This document shows positions 28,143-37,548 of a DNA stretch of 64,000 nucleotides, piece after piece (the first letter of the stretch is position 1; each line of letters starts with the position of its first letter). The DNA is from Thermoplasmata archaeon (GTDB lineage: Archaea > Thermoplasmatota > Thermoplasmata > Lutacidiplasmatales > UBA184), in NCBI GenBank assembly GCA_027365105.1, contig DAHXNZ010000001.1, positions 134,851 through 198,850 of the forward strand, read 5' to 3'. A model generated the notes under the pieces. It saw nothing but the letters and a program-made list of their open reading frames with translations, was not told the origin of the DNA and made no database searches. Both the position numbers and the translations under genes were made by a program.

Positions 28143-29883
28143 GGTTCATCACCTCGACCGCTTTCGCCACGATCTCGAACGGGAAGAAAGGCTCTCCGTC
28201 GTACTTGAGGAGCCGGGTGGACAGATCGAAGCCGGTCTCGGCCCGCACGAGCCGTCCGAACTGGCCGGTGTAGTTGAGCTCGACGAGCAGCGTCTTCTTC
28301 GCGGGGGACAGGAGCTGGAGCAGCGCCGGACCGTTGAGCGGGAAGACCGTCGGGACCCGGACCAGGTTGGTGGCCCGGCCCTGGGCCGCGAGGATCGCCA
28401 TCGCATCCCGGACCGCCCCGATGGTCGACCCCCAGGCGACGAAGGTCAGGTCGGCGTTCGCCGGGCCCTCCCGGACCGGCGGTTCGCTCGCCGCTGTGAG
28501 GCCCTTGAGCTTGCCCATCCGCTTCTCCATCATCCGGGCCCGCTCGGTGACCCAGGTGGGGACCCCCGATCGGATGTCGGAGATCAGGTGGCCCTTCTCG
28601 TCGTGCTCGTCCGAACCCGCCACGTACTGGAGTCCGGGCTGGCCTGGGATCGACCGCGGGGAGACGCCGTTGGGGGTGTAGGCGTAGCGGTGATACTCGT
28701 GCCCGTTCGGGGTCACCGTGAAGAGCGACTTCACCGGCACGTCGACGGGAATCTCGTCCCGGTCGACAGTCATGAAGTTCTCGGACAGGTGAAGATCGCT
28801 GGCGACGAGGACCGGAGTCTGGTACTCCTCCGCCAGTTCGAAGGCGCGGATCGTCTGGCGGTACGCCTCGGCGGGGTTCGACGGCGCAAGGATCGCCCGG
28901 GGAAAATCCCCCTGGCCGGCCCCGAGCATGAGGTTGAGGTCGCCCTGCTCGGTCTTGGTCGGGAGGCCGGTCGACGGTCCGGCCCGCTGAGACTCGACGA
29001 CGACCAGCGGGGTCTCGGTCATCCCGGCCATGCCGAGCGCTTCGACCATCAGGGAGAATCCGCCCCCGCTCGTGGCGGTCATGGCCCGGACGCCACCGAA
29101 GGAGGCTCCGATGGCCATGTTGATGGCGGCGAGTTCGTCCTCGGCCTGCTTGACCACGATCCCCAGGTCGTTCGAATGGGCCGCGAGCCAGTGCATGATG
29201 GAGGAGGCCGGCGTCATCGGGTACTGGGAAAGGAACTTGAGCCCCGCCGCCGCGGCGCCGAGGGCGATCGCCTGGTTCCCGGTCATCAGGAGCTTGGGGG
29301 CACCGCCCCGGCTCAGGGTGTGGTCGAGCACGTGGCCGTGGGCGAGGGCGTGCTGGTACCCGGCGGCGCTCGCCTCAAGGTTCCACTGGACCACATCCCC
29401 GGCCTTCCGTCCGAACGAATCCCGGACCACGTCGTGCAGGACCTCGAGGGGAATCCCCCCCAGCGCGGCCGAAGCGCCGAGCCCGGCCGCGTTCTGAAGG
29501 ATCGGCTGGGTCGAGAACTTCCGGGCGATCGCGAGGGTCGGGACCTCGAGCGCGTGGACCTTGGGCGGCAGCTTGTCGGCCGCGAATGGGAACTTCTCGG
29601 GATCGTAGACCAGCGTTCCGCCGGGACGAAGGGCGGCGCTGTGGATCTCCGCGGTCTCGGGGGTCATCGCGTAGAGGATGTCGCATCCGTCCCCCTGGGA
29701 GTGGGGCCTCTGGTCGGTGGCCCGGGCCTGGAACCAGACGTGGCCCCCCCGGATGACCGACTGGTAGGCATTCAGACCGAAGGTGTGCCGGCCCATGCGG
29801 GAAAAGCATCGGACCAGCATCTCGCCGACGGAGGCAATCCCGTCACCGGCCGAGCCCCCTGTGCGGATGGAAATCTCCGTCAT
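28132..29883 (-). CDS. korA: 2-oxoacid:ferredoxin oxidoreductase, fused gamma-alpha subunit
   Basis: ATG at 29883 gives MTEISIRTGGSAGDGIASVGEMLV... (gamma domain), then an alpha domain with GNQAIALGAAAAGLKFLSQYPMTPAS. The track ORF has 109 junk N-terminal codons. Confidence 0.85.
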   Translation of the reverse strand: MTEISIRTGGSAGDGIASVGEMLVRCFSRMGRHTFGLNAYQSVIRGGHVWFQARATDQRPHSQGDGCDILYAMTPETAEIHSAALRPGGTLVYDPEKFPFAADKLPPKVHALEVPTLAIARKFSTQPILQNAAGLGASAALGGIPLEVLHDVVRDSFGRKAGDVVQWNLEASAAGYQHALAHGHVLDHTLSRGGAPKLLMTGNQAIALGAAAAGLKFLSQYPMTPASSIMHWLAAHSNDLGIVVKQAEDELAAINMAIGASFGGVRAMTATSGGGFSLMVEALGMAGMTETPLVVVESQRAGPSTGLPTKTEQGDLNLMLGAGQGDFPRAILAPSNPAEAYRQTIRAFELAEEYQTPVLVASDLHLSENFMTVDRDEIPVDVPVKSLFTVTPNGHEYHRYAYTPNGVSPRSIPGQPGLQYVAGSDEHDEKGHLISDIRSGVPTWVTERARMMEKRMGKLKGLTAASEPPVREGPANADLTFVAWGSTIGAVRDAMAILAAQGRATNLVRVPTVFPLNGPALLQLLSPAKKTLLVELNYTGQFGRLVRAETGFDLSTRLLKYDGEPFFPFEIVAKAVEVMNHGG

Positions 29884-29949
29884 GCCGCCGCTCGAGGGGG
29901 AGCGGCTATTAATCCCTTCTCCATCCGTACCGCCGGGCGGGAGCTTCCC

Positions 29950-30231
29950 ATGGGCCCCGACAGAAAAGGAGGGGCAGTACGGACCGTCCGCGTTCGTGGG
30001 TTCGCGACGGCCCGCGCCGCGCTCGGCGACCGGCTGTGGGAGCTGCCCGCCGCCCCGGACGGCGTCCGGATCGACCGGCTGCTCGCCCGACTCGCGGCGC
30101 GGTGCCCCCGGCTGGCCCCGCTCCTCCCCACCTGCCGGATCTTCGTCAACGATGAACCGGCCCGTTCGCTGGAAACCCGGGTCCGCCCCGGGGACGAGAT
30201 CACCCTCCACCCCCCCTACAGCGGAGGCTGA
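29950..30231 (+). CDS. moaD: MoaD/ThiS-family sulfur carrier protein (C-terminal Gly-Gly)
   Basis: In-frame tail of spurious ORF 28066..30231. ~93 aa ending ...RVRPGDEITLHPPYSGG-stop, a beta-grasp signature. The start could be a downstream GTG. Confidence 0.6.
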   Translation: MGPDRKGGAVRTVRVRGFATARAALGDRLWELPAAPDGVRIDRLLARLAARCPRLAPLLPTCRIFVNDEPARSLETRVRPGDEITLHPPYSGG

Positions 30232-30232
30232 G

Positions 30233-30673
30233 GTGCTCCATCGGCTTTCCTCCCGGCCGCTCAGCCTGGCCCGAGCCTACCGGGCGCTGGAGTCGGAGTC
30301 TGCCGGTGCGATCGTCGTCTTCGTGGGTCGGGTCCGGCCGGACGCCACGGGCCACGGGAAGGTCGTGGCCCTCGACTACGAAGCCGACCGGAACCCTGCC
30401 CTGGGCTCCTTCCGGGAGATCGACCGGGCCGCCTTCCGGCGCTACCCCGGGGTCCGCATGCTCCTCTGGCACCGCACCGGGCGGGTGCCGGTCGGCCAGA
30501 TCGCTGTCATCGTCGGAGCCGCCGCGTCCCACCGGTCCGCCGCGTTCGGGGCGGCGCGCTTCGCGATCGAGCGGCTGAAGGTCCAGAGCCCGATCTGGAA
30601 GTCGGACCGAGTACGATCCGCGCGTCCACCGCGACCGCGCCGCTCCCGGCCGGCAGCACCCGGAGGGGGTTGA
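30233..30673 (+). CDS. moaE: Molybdopterin synthase catalytic subunit MoaE
   Basis: GTG start 2 nt after the MoaD stop gives VLHRLSSRPLSLARAYRALESESAGAIVVFVGRVR...IAVIVGAAASHR...IERLKVQSPIWKSD, the MoaE signature. The C-terminal ~25 aa are probably read-through. Confidence 0.75.
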   Translation: MLHRLSSRPLSLARAYRALESESAGAIVVFVGRVRPDATGHGKVVALDYEADRNPALGSFREIDRAAFRRYPGVRMLLWHRTGRVPVGQIAVIVGAAASHRSAAFGAARFAIERLKVQSPIWKSDRVRSARPPRPRRSRPAAPGGG

Positions 30674-32726
30674 TGTCCATCTCGACGATCTCGGGGAGTT
30701 CGACCGCGAGCTGGCTGATCCGCTGGATCGTCTCATAGAGCGCCGGAAGATCGCTCGGGGGCTCGCCCCGGACCCCGGCGAGCAACGGGAACGCCCGGAC
30801 CGAACGGACCATCGTCTCGGCAGAGCGGCTGCGGAGGGGGGCCAGCCTAAACGTGACGTCCCGGAGGACTTCGACGTAAATCCCGCCGAGCCCGAAGACG
30901 ATGATCGGCCCGAACTTGGGATCCCGCTGGATCCCGACGAGGACCTCCTTCGCCGGCCCGACCTCCGCTTCCACCTCGAATCCCTCGATCCGGGCGTGCG
31001 GCCGCCGGGCCCGGACGGTCGCCAGCATCCGGTCGGCGGCGATCCGGACCTGGTCCGGATCGGTGAGGTGCAGCGCGACGCCGCCGACATCGGTCTTGTG
31101 GGAGATCTCCGGCGACGCGATCTTGAGCACGACCGTCCCGCCGATCCTCTCGGCGGCCGCGGGAGCCTCCGACGCGGTGGCGACCCGCTCGACCGCCGGA
31201 AAGCGGATCCCGTAGGCCCCGAGGAGGTCGCGGGCCAGGTACTCGGGCAGGACGGTCAATCCCCGAGCCCGGGCCTGCCGGAGGACCGCCCGCGCGCGGG
31301 CCCGGTCGACGGTGAATCTCCGCACCTCCGTCCGGGGGCGGGCGAGCCAGGCCCGGTACCGGGCGAGAGTCCCGAGTCCTTGGATCGCCTCCTCCGGGAA
31401 GGTGTAGGTCGGGACCCCGCTCTCCTCGAGCGCCCCGACCTCCCGCGACAGGTCGGTCAGGCCGAAGAGGCAGGCCACGACCGGTTTGGTGGACCGGCCC
31501 CGGCCCCGGAGGATCGCCTCGGAGGCCGCCGTCCCGGTCAGCGTCCCGGTCGGTGTCGCGATCACGCAGACCGAATCCACCGCAGGGCTCCGAAGCAGTT
31601 CCGTGAGGGCGGTGCGGTACTGCTCGGCGTGGGCGTCGGCCGTCATGTCCAGCGGGTTCGCGACGCTGGCGGACGGCGACAGCCGGGTACGGAGCCGCCG
31701 GGCGACGTCGGGAGGCAACGCCGGGAGCGTGAGCCTCTGGCGGGCGGCCGTGTCGGCGGCCACGATGCCGGGGCCTCCCGAATTGGTCAGGATGGCGAGC
31801 CGCGGGCCGGCCGGCCGCAACCCGCTGCTGAAGAGCCGGGCGGCCCGGAACAGCTCGCCGATCGAGTCGGCCCGCATCACGCCGGACTGCTCGAAGAGCG
31901 CGTCGTAGAGGGCGTCCTGGCCCGAGCTGGCCAGGGAGCCGGTGTGGCTCTGGGCGGCCCGCTCTCCCGCCGGGGTCCGCCCGCTTTTGATGACCAGAAC
32001 CGGCTTGCGGTCGGTAATCTCCCGGGCGGTCTCGAGGAAGCGGCGGCCGTCGGCGAGACTCTCCACGTAGAGGAGCACGACACGGGTCGCCGGATCGTCC
32101 CGCAACGAATACAGGAGGTCGTTTTCGTCGACCCCCGCCCGGTTGCCGACCGAGACGAACCGGGAAAATCCAATCCGCTCGGCAATCCCGTACTGGAGAA
32201 TTCCGGCGCACAGCGCCCCGCTCTGCGAGATGAAAGCGATGCTCCCGCGGGGGGGGAGAGATTCGCTGAAGGTGGCGTTGAGGCTCACCGCCGGGTCGGT
32301 CGTGAGCACCCCGAAGCAGTTCGGTCCGACGAGCGACATCCGGTGCCGGCGGGCGATCCGGATCAGCTCCTCCTCACGGGCGACTCCCTCGCCGCCGACC
32401 TCCCGAAACCCCGAGGAGATGATCACCGCGCCCCGGCTGCCCGCCCGGCCGAGCTCTTCGACCACCGAGGCCACGCCGGGAGCCGGCACAATCACCACCC
32501 CGAGGTCCGGCACTTCGGGAAGATCGGAGATCGATCGGTAGCATCGGACCCCCGAGACGCTCGTCCACGACTGGTTGACCGGATAGACGACCCCCCGGAA
32601 CCCCGACTGGAGCACGTTGCGCATCAACGACTCCCCGACCGTGCCCGGACGGTTGGACGCGCCGATGACCGCGACCGACGCGGGCCGGAACAGCTCGTCG
32701 AGCGCTCGGGAGGTCCCTACGGTCAT
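30507..32726 (-). CDS. acd: Acetyl-CoA synthetase (ADP-forming), fused alpha-beta (NDP-forming acyl-CoA synthetase)
   Basis: N-terminal CoA-binding Rossmann (SVAVIGASNRPGTVG), succinyl-CoA-synthetase-like flavodoxin domain, C-terminal ATP-grasp (VVLKIASPEISHKTDVGGV). The last ~33 aa are low-complexity R/S-rich, probably read-through. 739 aa. Confidence 0.85.
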   Translation of the reverse strand: MTVGTSRALDELFRPASVAVIGASNRPGTVGESLMRNVLQSGFRGVVYPVNQSWTSVSGVRCYRSISDLPEVPDLGVVIVPAPGVASVVEELGRAGSRGAVIISSGFREVGGEGVAREEELIRIARRHRMSLVGPNCFGVLTTDPAVSLNATFSESLPPRGSIAFISQSGALCAGILQYGIAERIGFSRFVSVGNRAGVDENDLLYSLRDDPATRVVLLYVESLADGRRFLETAREITDRKPVLVIKSGRTPAGERAAQSHTGSLASSGQDALYDALFEQSGVMRADSIGELFRAARLFSSGLRPAGPRLAILTNSGGPGIVAADTAARQRLTLPALPPDVARRLRTRLSPSASVANPLDMTADAHAEQYRTALTELLRSPAVDSVCVIATPTGTLTGTAASEAILRGRGRSTKPVVACLFGLTDLSREVGALEESGVPTYTFPEEAIQGLGTLARYRAWLARPRTEVRRFTVDRARARAVLRQARARGLTVLPEYLARDLLGAYGIRFPAVERVATASEAPAAAERIGGTVVLKIASPEISHKTDVGGVALHLTDPDQVRIAADRMLATVRARRPHARIEGFEVEAEVGPAKEVLVGIQRDPKFGPIIVFGLGGIYVEVLRDVTFRLAPLRSRSAETMVRSVRAFPLLAGVRGEPPSDLPALYETIQRISQLAVELPEIVEMDINPLRVLPAGSGAVAVDARIVLGPTSRSGSGPSAARSRSAPPRTRRTGGTRRLRR

Positions 32727-32797
32727 GGAGTCCGACGAGGAACCGCCCTCGAGGTATTAGCGATGCCGCGTCCGGCAGGGTCCCCCGGCGACCCGGC

Positions 32798-32804
32798 TTA
32801 AATA
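32798..32804 (+). promoter_or_regulatory. Putative TATA box (ttaaata) 23-29 nt upstream of the Mrp ATG
   Basis: AT-rich heptamer in the GC-rich divergent intergenic region between acd and mrp. Supports the 32827 start. Confidence 0.4.
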
Positions 32805-32826
32805 CTGTTCCCCGGTTCCAGGGAGG

Positions 32827-33702
32827 ATGACCGCCCCCGAAACCCCGCCCCCGACACCGGCCGCGTCCGGCGGTCCCTCCCAGCCCCCGGGGCCCCGCCG
32901 AGCGGCGGGAAGTGTCCTCCAGCGGATGGACAAGGGCTCCATCCATCGCGTGGTCGCCGTCGGCAGCGGCAAGGGGGGGGTCGGAAAGTCGGCCGCCACG
33001 GCCCTCCTGGCCGCCGAACTCCGACGCCGGGGACTCAAGGTCGGCGTCCTGGATGCCGATGTGACCGGCCCGTCCCAGCCGAAGCTTTTTGGTCTCTCCG
33101 GCCCCCTGGTCGATCGGGGCGAGGGCATCGAGCCGGCGGTGAGCCCGGGCGGAGTGCCGGTCGTTTCGTCGCAGTTCCTGGTCGAGGACGAGCAGACCCC
33201 GGTCATCTGGCGCGGGCCGCTCGTCACCCGGCTCATCCTCCAGTTCTTCGGTGGGGTCAACTGGGGCCCGCTCGACTATCTCCTGATCGACATGCCGCCC
33301 GGGACCAGCGACGTCCCCCTGACGGTCTTCCAGTCGGTTCCGCTCGACGGGATGGTCTTCGTCTTCACGCCGCCGGAGCTTTCGGCGATGATCGTCAAGA
33401 AGGCGATGAACATGGCCCGGGACCTCCACGTTCCACTCCTCGGGATCGTCGAGAACATGGCCTGGATCGCCTGCCCCCATTGCGCGACCCAGATCCGGCT
33501 CTTCGGGGAGACGCACGCGACGGCCGTCGCCCGGGAGTACGATGTTCCCATCATCGCGGAGCTGCCGGTCGACCCCGCGCTCGCCCGGGCCGCCGATGAA
33601 GGACGGATCGAATCGTACCGCTCCGACGCGCTCGCCCGATACGCCGACGCCTTCCTCGCCTCGATCGAGGCGCAGGAGAAGCGTCGGCTCACGGTCCTGT
33701 GA
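32827..33702 (+). CDS. Mrp/NBP35-family Fe-S cluster carrier ATPase (ApbC)
   Basis: Walker A VAVGSGKGGVGKS; CxxC (ACPHC) in the C-terminal half. An alternative start at M34 (32926) is possible. Confidence 0.8.
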   Translation: MTAPETPPPTPAASGGPSQPPGPRRAAGSVLQRMDKGSIHRVVAVGSGKGGVGKSAATALLAAELRRRGLKVGVLDADVTGPSQPKLFGLSGPLVDRGEGIEPAVSPGGVPVVSSQFLVEDEQTPVIWRGPLVTRLILQFFGGVNWGPLDYLLIDMPPGTSDVPLTVFQSVPLDGMVFVFTPPELSAMIVKKAMNMARDLHVPLLGIVENMAWIACPHCATQIRLFGETHATAVAREYDVPIIAELPVDPALARAADEGRIESYRSDALARYADAFLASIEAQEKRRLTVL

Positions 33703-34390
33703 GCCGCTCGAGTTCGGCGAAGGGGATCGGGATCACCGTGAGCCCGCGCGCCCGCAGCGCGGCCTCGATGCCGGGGCGATGGGCGTCCCCGACCACGATC
33801 AGCGGCCGGCGGTGACCCCGGGCGACGATCTCGGCGATCCGGCCCGCCATCCGGCGGTTTCGGTCGTCGATCAGCACCCGGGCGAGTTGCGGGCTCGCCT
33901 CCCGGAGGTCGGCGAGGTACTCCCGGGGGGCCTGGGCGTACCGGTCGACCTCCTGGCGGACCAGCCGGGACGGGAGCACCAGCCCGGCCAGGCCCCCGAT
34001 CAGGAGCTGGATCCGCTCCTTGGGAGGGAGGCCATGCATCAGGTGGCCCATCGTTTCCGGAACCGAGTCGTCGATCAGATAGAGCGGCAGCCGGTCGGTC
34101 AGCGCCCGCACCGCCGCCGCCTTCATCTCTTCCCCCGGGGCCCCGCCGCCGATCTCGGCCCCGAGCCGCCGCTGGGCGGCCCCCCACAGACGGAGGAGGA
34201 GCGGCGCCCCGGCCCCGGGCCCGGACCGGGGGGCTCCCGAGAGCAGCGCATCGGCCCGGGCCCGGTCGAGTTCCACCGCCACCGCATCCGGGCGGTACTG
34301 CTCGAAGATCCGGCCGATCGGTACCGCGAGGTCGATGACGTGGGCCGTTCCGACCAGCACCACGGCGGGGGCGGACTCCGGGGCCTCCAT
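33689..34390 (-). CDS. TraB-family protein
   Basis: N-terminal VVLVGTAHVIDLAV... with the GTAHV motif; C-terminal REYLADLREASPQLARVLIDDRNRRMAGRI...IVVGDAHRPG. 233 aa. Confidence 0.7.
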   Translation of the reverse strand: MEAPESAPAVVLVGTAHVIDLAVPIGRIFEQYRPDAVAVELDRARADALLSGAPRSGPGAGAPLLLRLWGAAQRRLGAEIGGGAPGEEMKAAAVRALTDRLPLYLIDDSVPETMGHLMHGLPPKERIQLLIGGLAGLVLPSRLVRQEVDRYAQAPREYLADLREASPQLARVLIDDRNRRMAGRIAEIVARGHRRPLIVVGDAHRPGIEAALRARGLTVIPIPFAELERLTGP

Positions 34391-34458
34391 GGCCCGGCCA
34401 TTCCGGCCGGACTCATGGCCTTGCCCGGCCGGAGGACGAGCGGGCCCGGATCAACCCC

Positions 34459-34464
34459 ATATAG
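34459..34464 (+). promoter_or_regulatory. Putative TATA box (atatag) 22-27 nt upstream of the 34486 ATG
   Basis: AT-rich hexamer correctly spaced from the start codon. Supports the small gene being expressed. Confidence 0.35.
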
Positions 34465-34485
34465 TCCTCCCGGCTGGGCGGTCCG

Positions 34486-34785
34486 ATGGCATGGACCCTG
34501 TTCGAGGTGCTCCAGGCCCGGCGCACCGAGCTCGATGAACTGCTCAAGGACGACCAGATCTCCCGGCAGAGCCACAAGCTCAGGGATGCCGCCACCCTCG
34601 GCCGCCCCTCGGGGTCACTGCTGGTGCTGATCGAGGGGGCCCCGGAGGCGGTCGCACTGGCCGAAGGGCGGCTCCAGAAGATCGGCACCGCTCTCCCGAA
34701 GCCGGAAGCCGACCGGATCTACCGCGCCCTCCGGGAAGAGGACGAGACCGCCTCGGCCGGAATGGGCCTGTTCTTCACCGAGTAG
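34486..34785 (+). CDS. Hypothetical small protein (99 aa)
   Basis: Charged, helical, protein-like composition (MAWTLFEVLQARRTELDELLKDDQISRQSHKL...). Occupies the only gap between two minus-strand genes and has a TATA-like element upstream. Confidence 0.45.
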   Translation: MAWTLFEVLQARRTELDELLKDDQISRQSHKLRDAATLGRPSGSLLVLIEGAPEAVALAEGRLQKIGTALPKPEADRIYRALREEDETASAGMGLFFTE

Positions 34786-34796
34786 GCTCGGGCCTT

Positions 34797-35594
34797 TCAG
34801 CCGTCGGTGGGCCCTTGCCCGGGCTCGGGGTCCTCACCGCCGGCCAGGATCCGCTGCGCCGTCCGGTAGAACAGATCGAATCCCGAGGGCTCGCGCGCCG
34901 AGACCGGGGTCAGGTCGAGCAACGGGCCCATCGACTCCAGCGCCCGGAAGAGCTCGGTCGACAGCTGGACGTCGGGGGTGGGGGCGTCCTCCCGGATGCG
35001 ATCGTAGAGCTGCCCCGGGTCCTCGGCCCAGGCGAGGATCTCGGCCCGTTGCCCGGGAGTCAGGACATCCGTCTTCGAGAGCACCAGCGCCATCGGCAGC
35101 CGGAAGCGGAACTCGACCGTCGCGCTCAGCATCACCAGCGAGACGAACCCGGACGGGCTGCGGGCGAGCGCCGGGTCGATCAGGAAGGCGATCATCGCCC
35201 GGTCGGTCCCGAGCGCCTCGACGATCGCCTTCGACGCCTCCCGAAACGCGAAGAGCTCGATCTGGCCGGGGGTATCGAGCAGGACAAAGTCGGACCGGTA
35301 CTCCTGGAGTGCCTGCTTGACCTCGAAGATCTTGAGGGCGATCATGTCGGCCGCGGCGACCTGGGCCCCGTTCGGTCCGAGGCCGTATTCGCTCATGATG
35401 TCGGGGAGCCGCACCCAGTCGCGGATGTCGACCTCCGGTTCGTAATCGACCGCCTCGTTCCCGGGGTCCAGGTTGACGACCGTGGCGTCGTAGCCGGCCG
35501 TCGTGAGCCACTCCCGGTACGCCTGGATGAACGTCGTCTTGCCGGCCCCGGCCGTGCCGGTGATGTAGACGTACCCCGGCTCGTCGCTCGTCAT
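34797..35594 (-). CDS. GPN-loop GTPase (XAB1/Npa3/PAB0955 family)
   Basis: P-loop ITGTAGAGKTT, the GPN-like loop LDPGNEAV, and G3 LLDTPGQIELF. 265 aa. Confidence 0.85.
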   Translation of the reverse strand: MTSDEPGYVYITGTAGAGKTTFIQAYREWLTTAGYDATVVNLDPGNEAVDYEPEVDIRDWVRLPDIMSEYGLGPNGAQVAAADMIALKIFEVKQALQEYRSDFVLLDTPGQIELFAFREASKAIVEALGTDRAMIAFLIDPALARSPSGFVSLVMLSATVEFRFRLPMALVLSKTDVLTPGQRAEILAWAEDPGQLYDRIREDAPTPDVQLSTELFRALESMGPLLDLTPVSAREPSGFDLFYRTAQRILAGGEDPEPGQGPTDG

Positions 35595-35894
35595 CTACGG
35601 CTTCCCGGCGGAGCCCCGGCCGCGCCGGATCTCCTCGGCCAGCGCCCGGAGCAGCCGGGTCTTGGGCGTCGACGGGGGTTTCTGGATCTTGACCCGCCCG
35701 GCCGATTCGAAGGCGGACCGGGGATACTGCTTGGCCGGCTCGTCCGTCGCGGTGAAGCCCAGCCGCCGGGCCGCCGCCTCGATCTCCTCTCGGGTCGCGT
35801 TTTCAAGAGCGAGCGGGGCCGGAACCCGGCGGCCGCCCTGCCGGGACGCCGTGCGTTCGAGGTACGTCGGGTAGACGTAGAGATGGTCGGGCAT
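35595..35894 (-). CDS. srp19: Signal recognition particle 19 kDa protein
   Basis: MPDHLYVYPTYLERTASRQGGRRVPAPLALENATREEIEAAARRLGF... is the SRP19 fold signature. 99 aa. Immediately upstream of and co-oriented with the GPN GTPase. Confidence 0.8.
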   Translation of the reverse strand: MPDHLYVYPTYLERTASRQGGRRVPAPLALENATREEIEAAARRLGFTATDEPAKQYPRSAFESAGRVKIQKPPSTPKTRLLRALAEEIRRGRGSAGKP

Positions 35895-35907
35895 GGCGCG
35901 GGCCGCG

Positions 35908-36300
35908 CTAGGCGGACGGGCGCTCGACCCGAACCCCGTTCAGGATTCCGTGCTGGCCCGGGCGGCTGCGGACCTCCACCAGGCCCACGTCGGTCTCGAC
36001 CAGGGCGCCCTTAGTGATGATGTTCCGCTGGACGTAATTGGGGTTGGCGGGGTTCTCCCGCACCGTCAGGACCTTGGCCGGCCGCATCGCCTTCGTGGCC
36101 GGATCGTACACGTTGATCGCCGCGGTGAGCATGATCCGGAGCTTCTGGTTGCCCCCGCGGGAGCGCACCTTCTTGACCGCCGTCTCCCCGACGGTGGCGA
36201 ACTGGATCTCCGGGGCGATCTCCGACCGACGCTTCTTGCGGATCGGGCGCAGCCGGCCGCCGGTGGGCTTGCGTCGCGAACGTCCTTGCCAGATACCCAT
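35908..36300 (-). CDS. rps8e: 30S ribosomal protein S8e
   Basis: MGIWQGRSRRKPTGGRLRPIRKKRR... is the canonical S8e N-terminus. 130 aa. Confidence 0.9.
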   Translation of the reverse strand: MGIWQGRSRRKPTGGRLRPIRKKRRSEIAPEIQFATVGETAVKKVRSRGGNQKLRIMLTAAINVYDPATKAMRPAKVLTVRENPANPNYVQRNIITKGALVETDVGLVEVRSRPGQHGILNGVRVERPSA

Positions 36301-36332
36301 GGTCGTGTGAGGGAGCCCTCCGAGAGGGGGGG

Positions 36333-36340
36333 TCTATATG
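36333..36340 (-). promoter_or_regulatory. Putative TATA box (catataga on minus strand) ~35 nt upstream of the S8e ATG
   Basis: Only AT-rich element between S8e and the upstream dehydrogenase gene. Confidence 0.4.
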
Positions 36341-36440
36341 AGGTTTCGCGGGCCGAAGTCCCCGCCGGCCGGGACCGCGCCGGCCGGTCCGACCTGACGG
36401 ACGGCCGGAACCGCCGCCCCGCGGTTCGGCGCCCCGGGGT

Positions 36441-37541
36441 CTAGGCCGAGGCGTCGACGACGAGGACGTTCTTGATGGCCCCGCCTTCCCGGTGCCCCAG
36501 GACCTCCACGAACTCCTCGAGGGGGCGGCGGCGCGTCACGAACCGTTCGAGGAGCCCGGGCCATCGGCGGTACGCTTCGGTGAAGTCCCGGACCCCGGCT
36601 TCGAAGTAGCTCCGGTTCGCATTGACCGATCCGACCACCGCCTGGTTGGCGAGGACCATCTGACGGAGGAGCGCCCCGGCGGCGACCGGGATCGGCGGAG
36701 CCCGGGCGTTCGGAATCCCGGTCAGGACGAGGACCCCGTTGATCGCCAGCAGGCCGAGGAGATCGAAATCCAGTGCAATCGCCCCGGTCGCCTCGACGAT
36801 CAGATCGAACCGGTCGCTGCCCAGAGCGGAAGTGCCGGCGGCGGCATTGACGTGCCGCACCCCCATCACCTGAAGCAGCTGGCCGGCCGGGGTGGAGGCA
36901 TCGTGCCGGTCGATCGCCGTGACGGTATACCCGCGCAGCCGGAGGATCAGCGAAGCCAGGATGCCGATCGCTCCCGTGCCGGCGACCAGGGCCCGCAGCG
37001 GTTCGGTCCGGGGGTAGCCGGGCGTCGGTTCCTTCCGATCCAGGGCGCGCTGACCCTCGACGATCGCCTTCTCCGCGACGCTCATCGGCTCCAGCATGAC
37101 GGCCACCGGTCGAAGTTCCTCCGGCACCGCGACCAAGTACTCCGGGGCCTCCACATACTGTTCGGCCATATACCCGGAGCGGCCGAAGATGCCCCGCTCG
37201 GTGTAGCGGCCGGTCTCGCAGAAATCCGACTGGCCCGACCGGCAGAACCGACAGGCGTTGCAGCTGCGCCGGACGGTGGCGACGACCAGCTGCCCCGGCG
37301 CCCAGCCCGAGACCGAGGGGCCCGACTCCATGACCCGACCGAGGTTCTCGTGCCCGAGGATGAGTTCGGCACTCCCTTCCGGCGGCTTCCCGTACTGCCC
37401 TTCGACGATGTCGTGATCGGTACCGCACACCCCGCACTCGAGAACCCGGACCCGGACCTCCCCGGATCCGAGGACCGGGGCGGGCCGTTCGACGAGATGG
37501 GCCGATGGGGTCGGGGGGTGGACGATGAGCGCTCGCATCAC
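36441..37541 (-). CDS. Zn-dependent medium-chain dehydrogenase, glucose 1-dehydrogenase-like
   Basis: Catalytic-Zn ligands VLECGVCGTDHDIVEG...GHENLG and structural-Zn cysteines CNACRFCRSGQSDFC; Rossmann GTGAIG. 366 aa. Adjacent to a KDG-aldolase-like gene. Confidence 0.75.
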   Translation of the reverse strand: MMRALIVHPPTPSAHLVERPAPVLGSGEVRVRVLECGVCGTDHDIVEGQYGKPPEGSAELILGHENLGRVMESGPSVSGWAPGQLVVATVRRSCNACRFCRSGQSDFCETGRYTERGIFGRSGYMAEQYVEAPEYLVAVPEELRPVAVMLEPMSVAEKAIVEGQRALDRKEPTPGYPRTEPLRALVAGTGAIGILASLILRLRGYTVTAIDRHDASTPAGQLLQVMGVRHVNAAAGTSALGSDRFDLIVEATGAIALDFDLLGLLAINGVLVLTGIPNARAPPIPVAAGALLRQMVLANQAVVGSVNANRSYFEAGVRDFTEAYRRWPGLLERFVTRRRPLEEFVEVLGHREGGAIKNVLVVDASA

Positions 37542-37548
37542 CGGCCTC

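Noticed and set aside
32827-32926. Shorter Mrp start at M34 (32926)
   Set aside because: Not excluded. A TATA-like ttaaata 23-29 nt upstream of 32827 favours the longer leaderless form, so the 32827 start is kept with a note.
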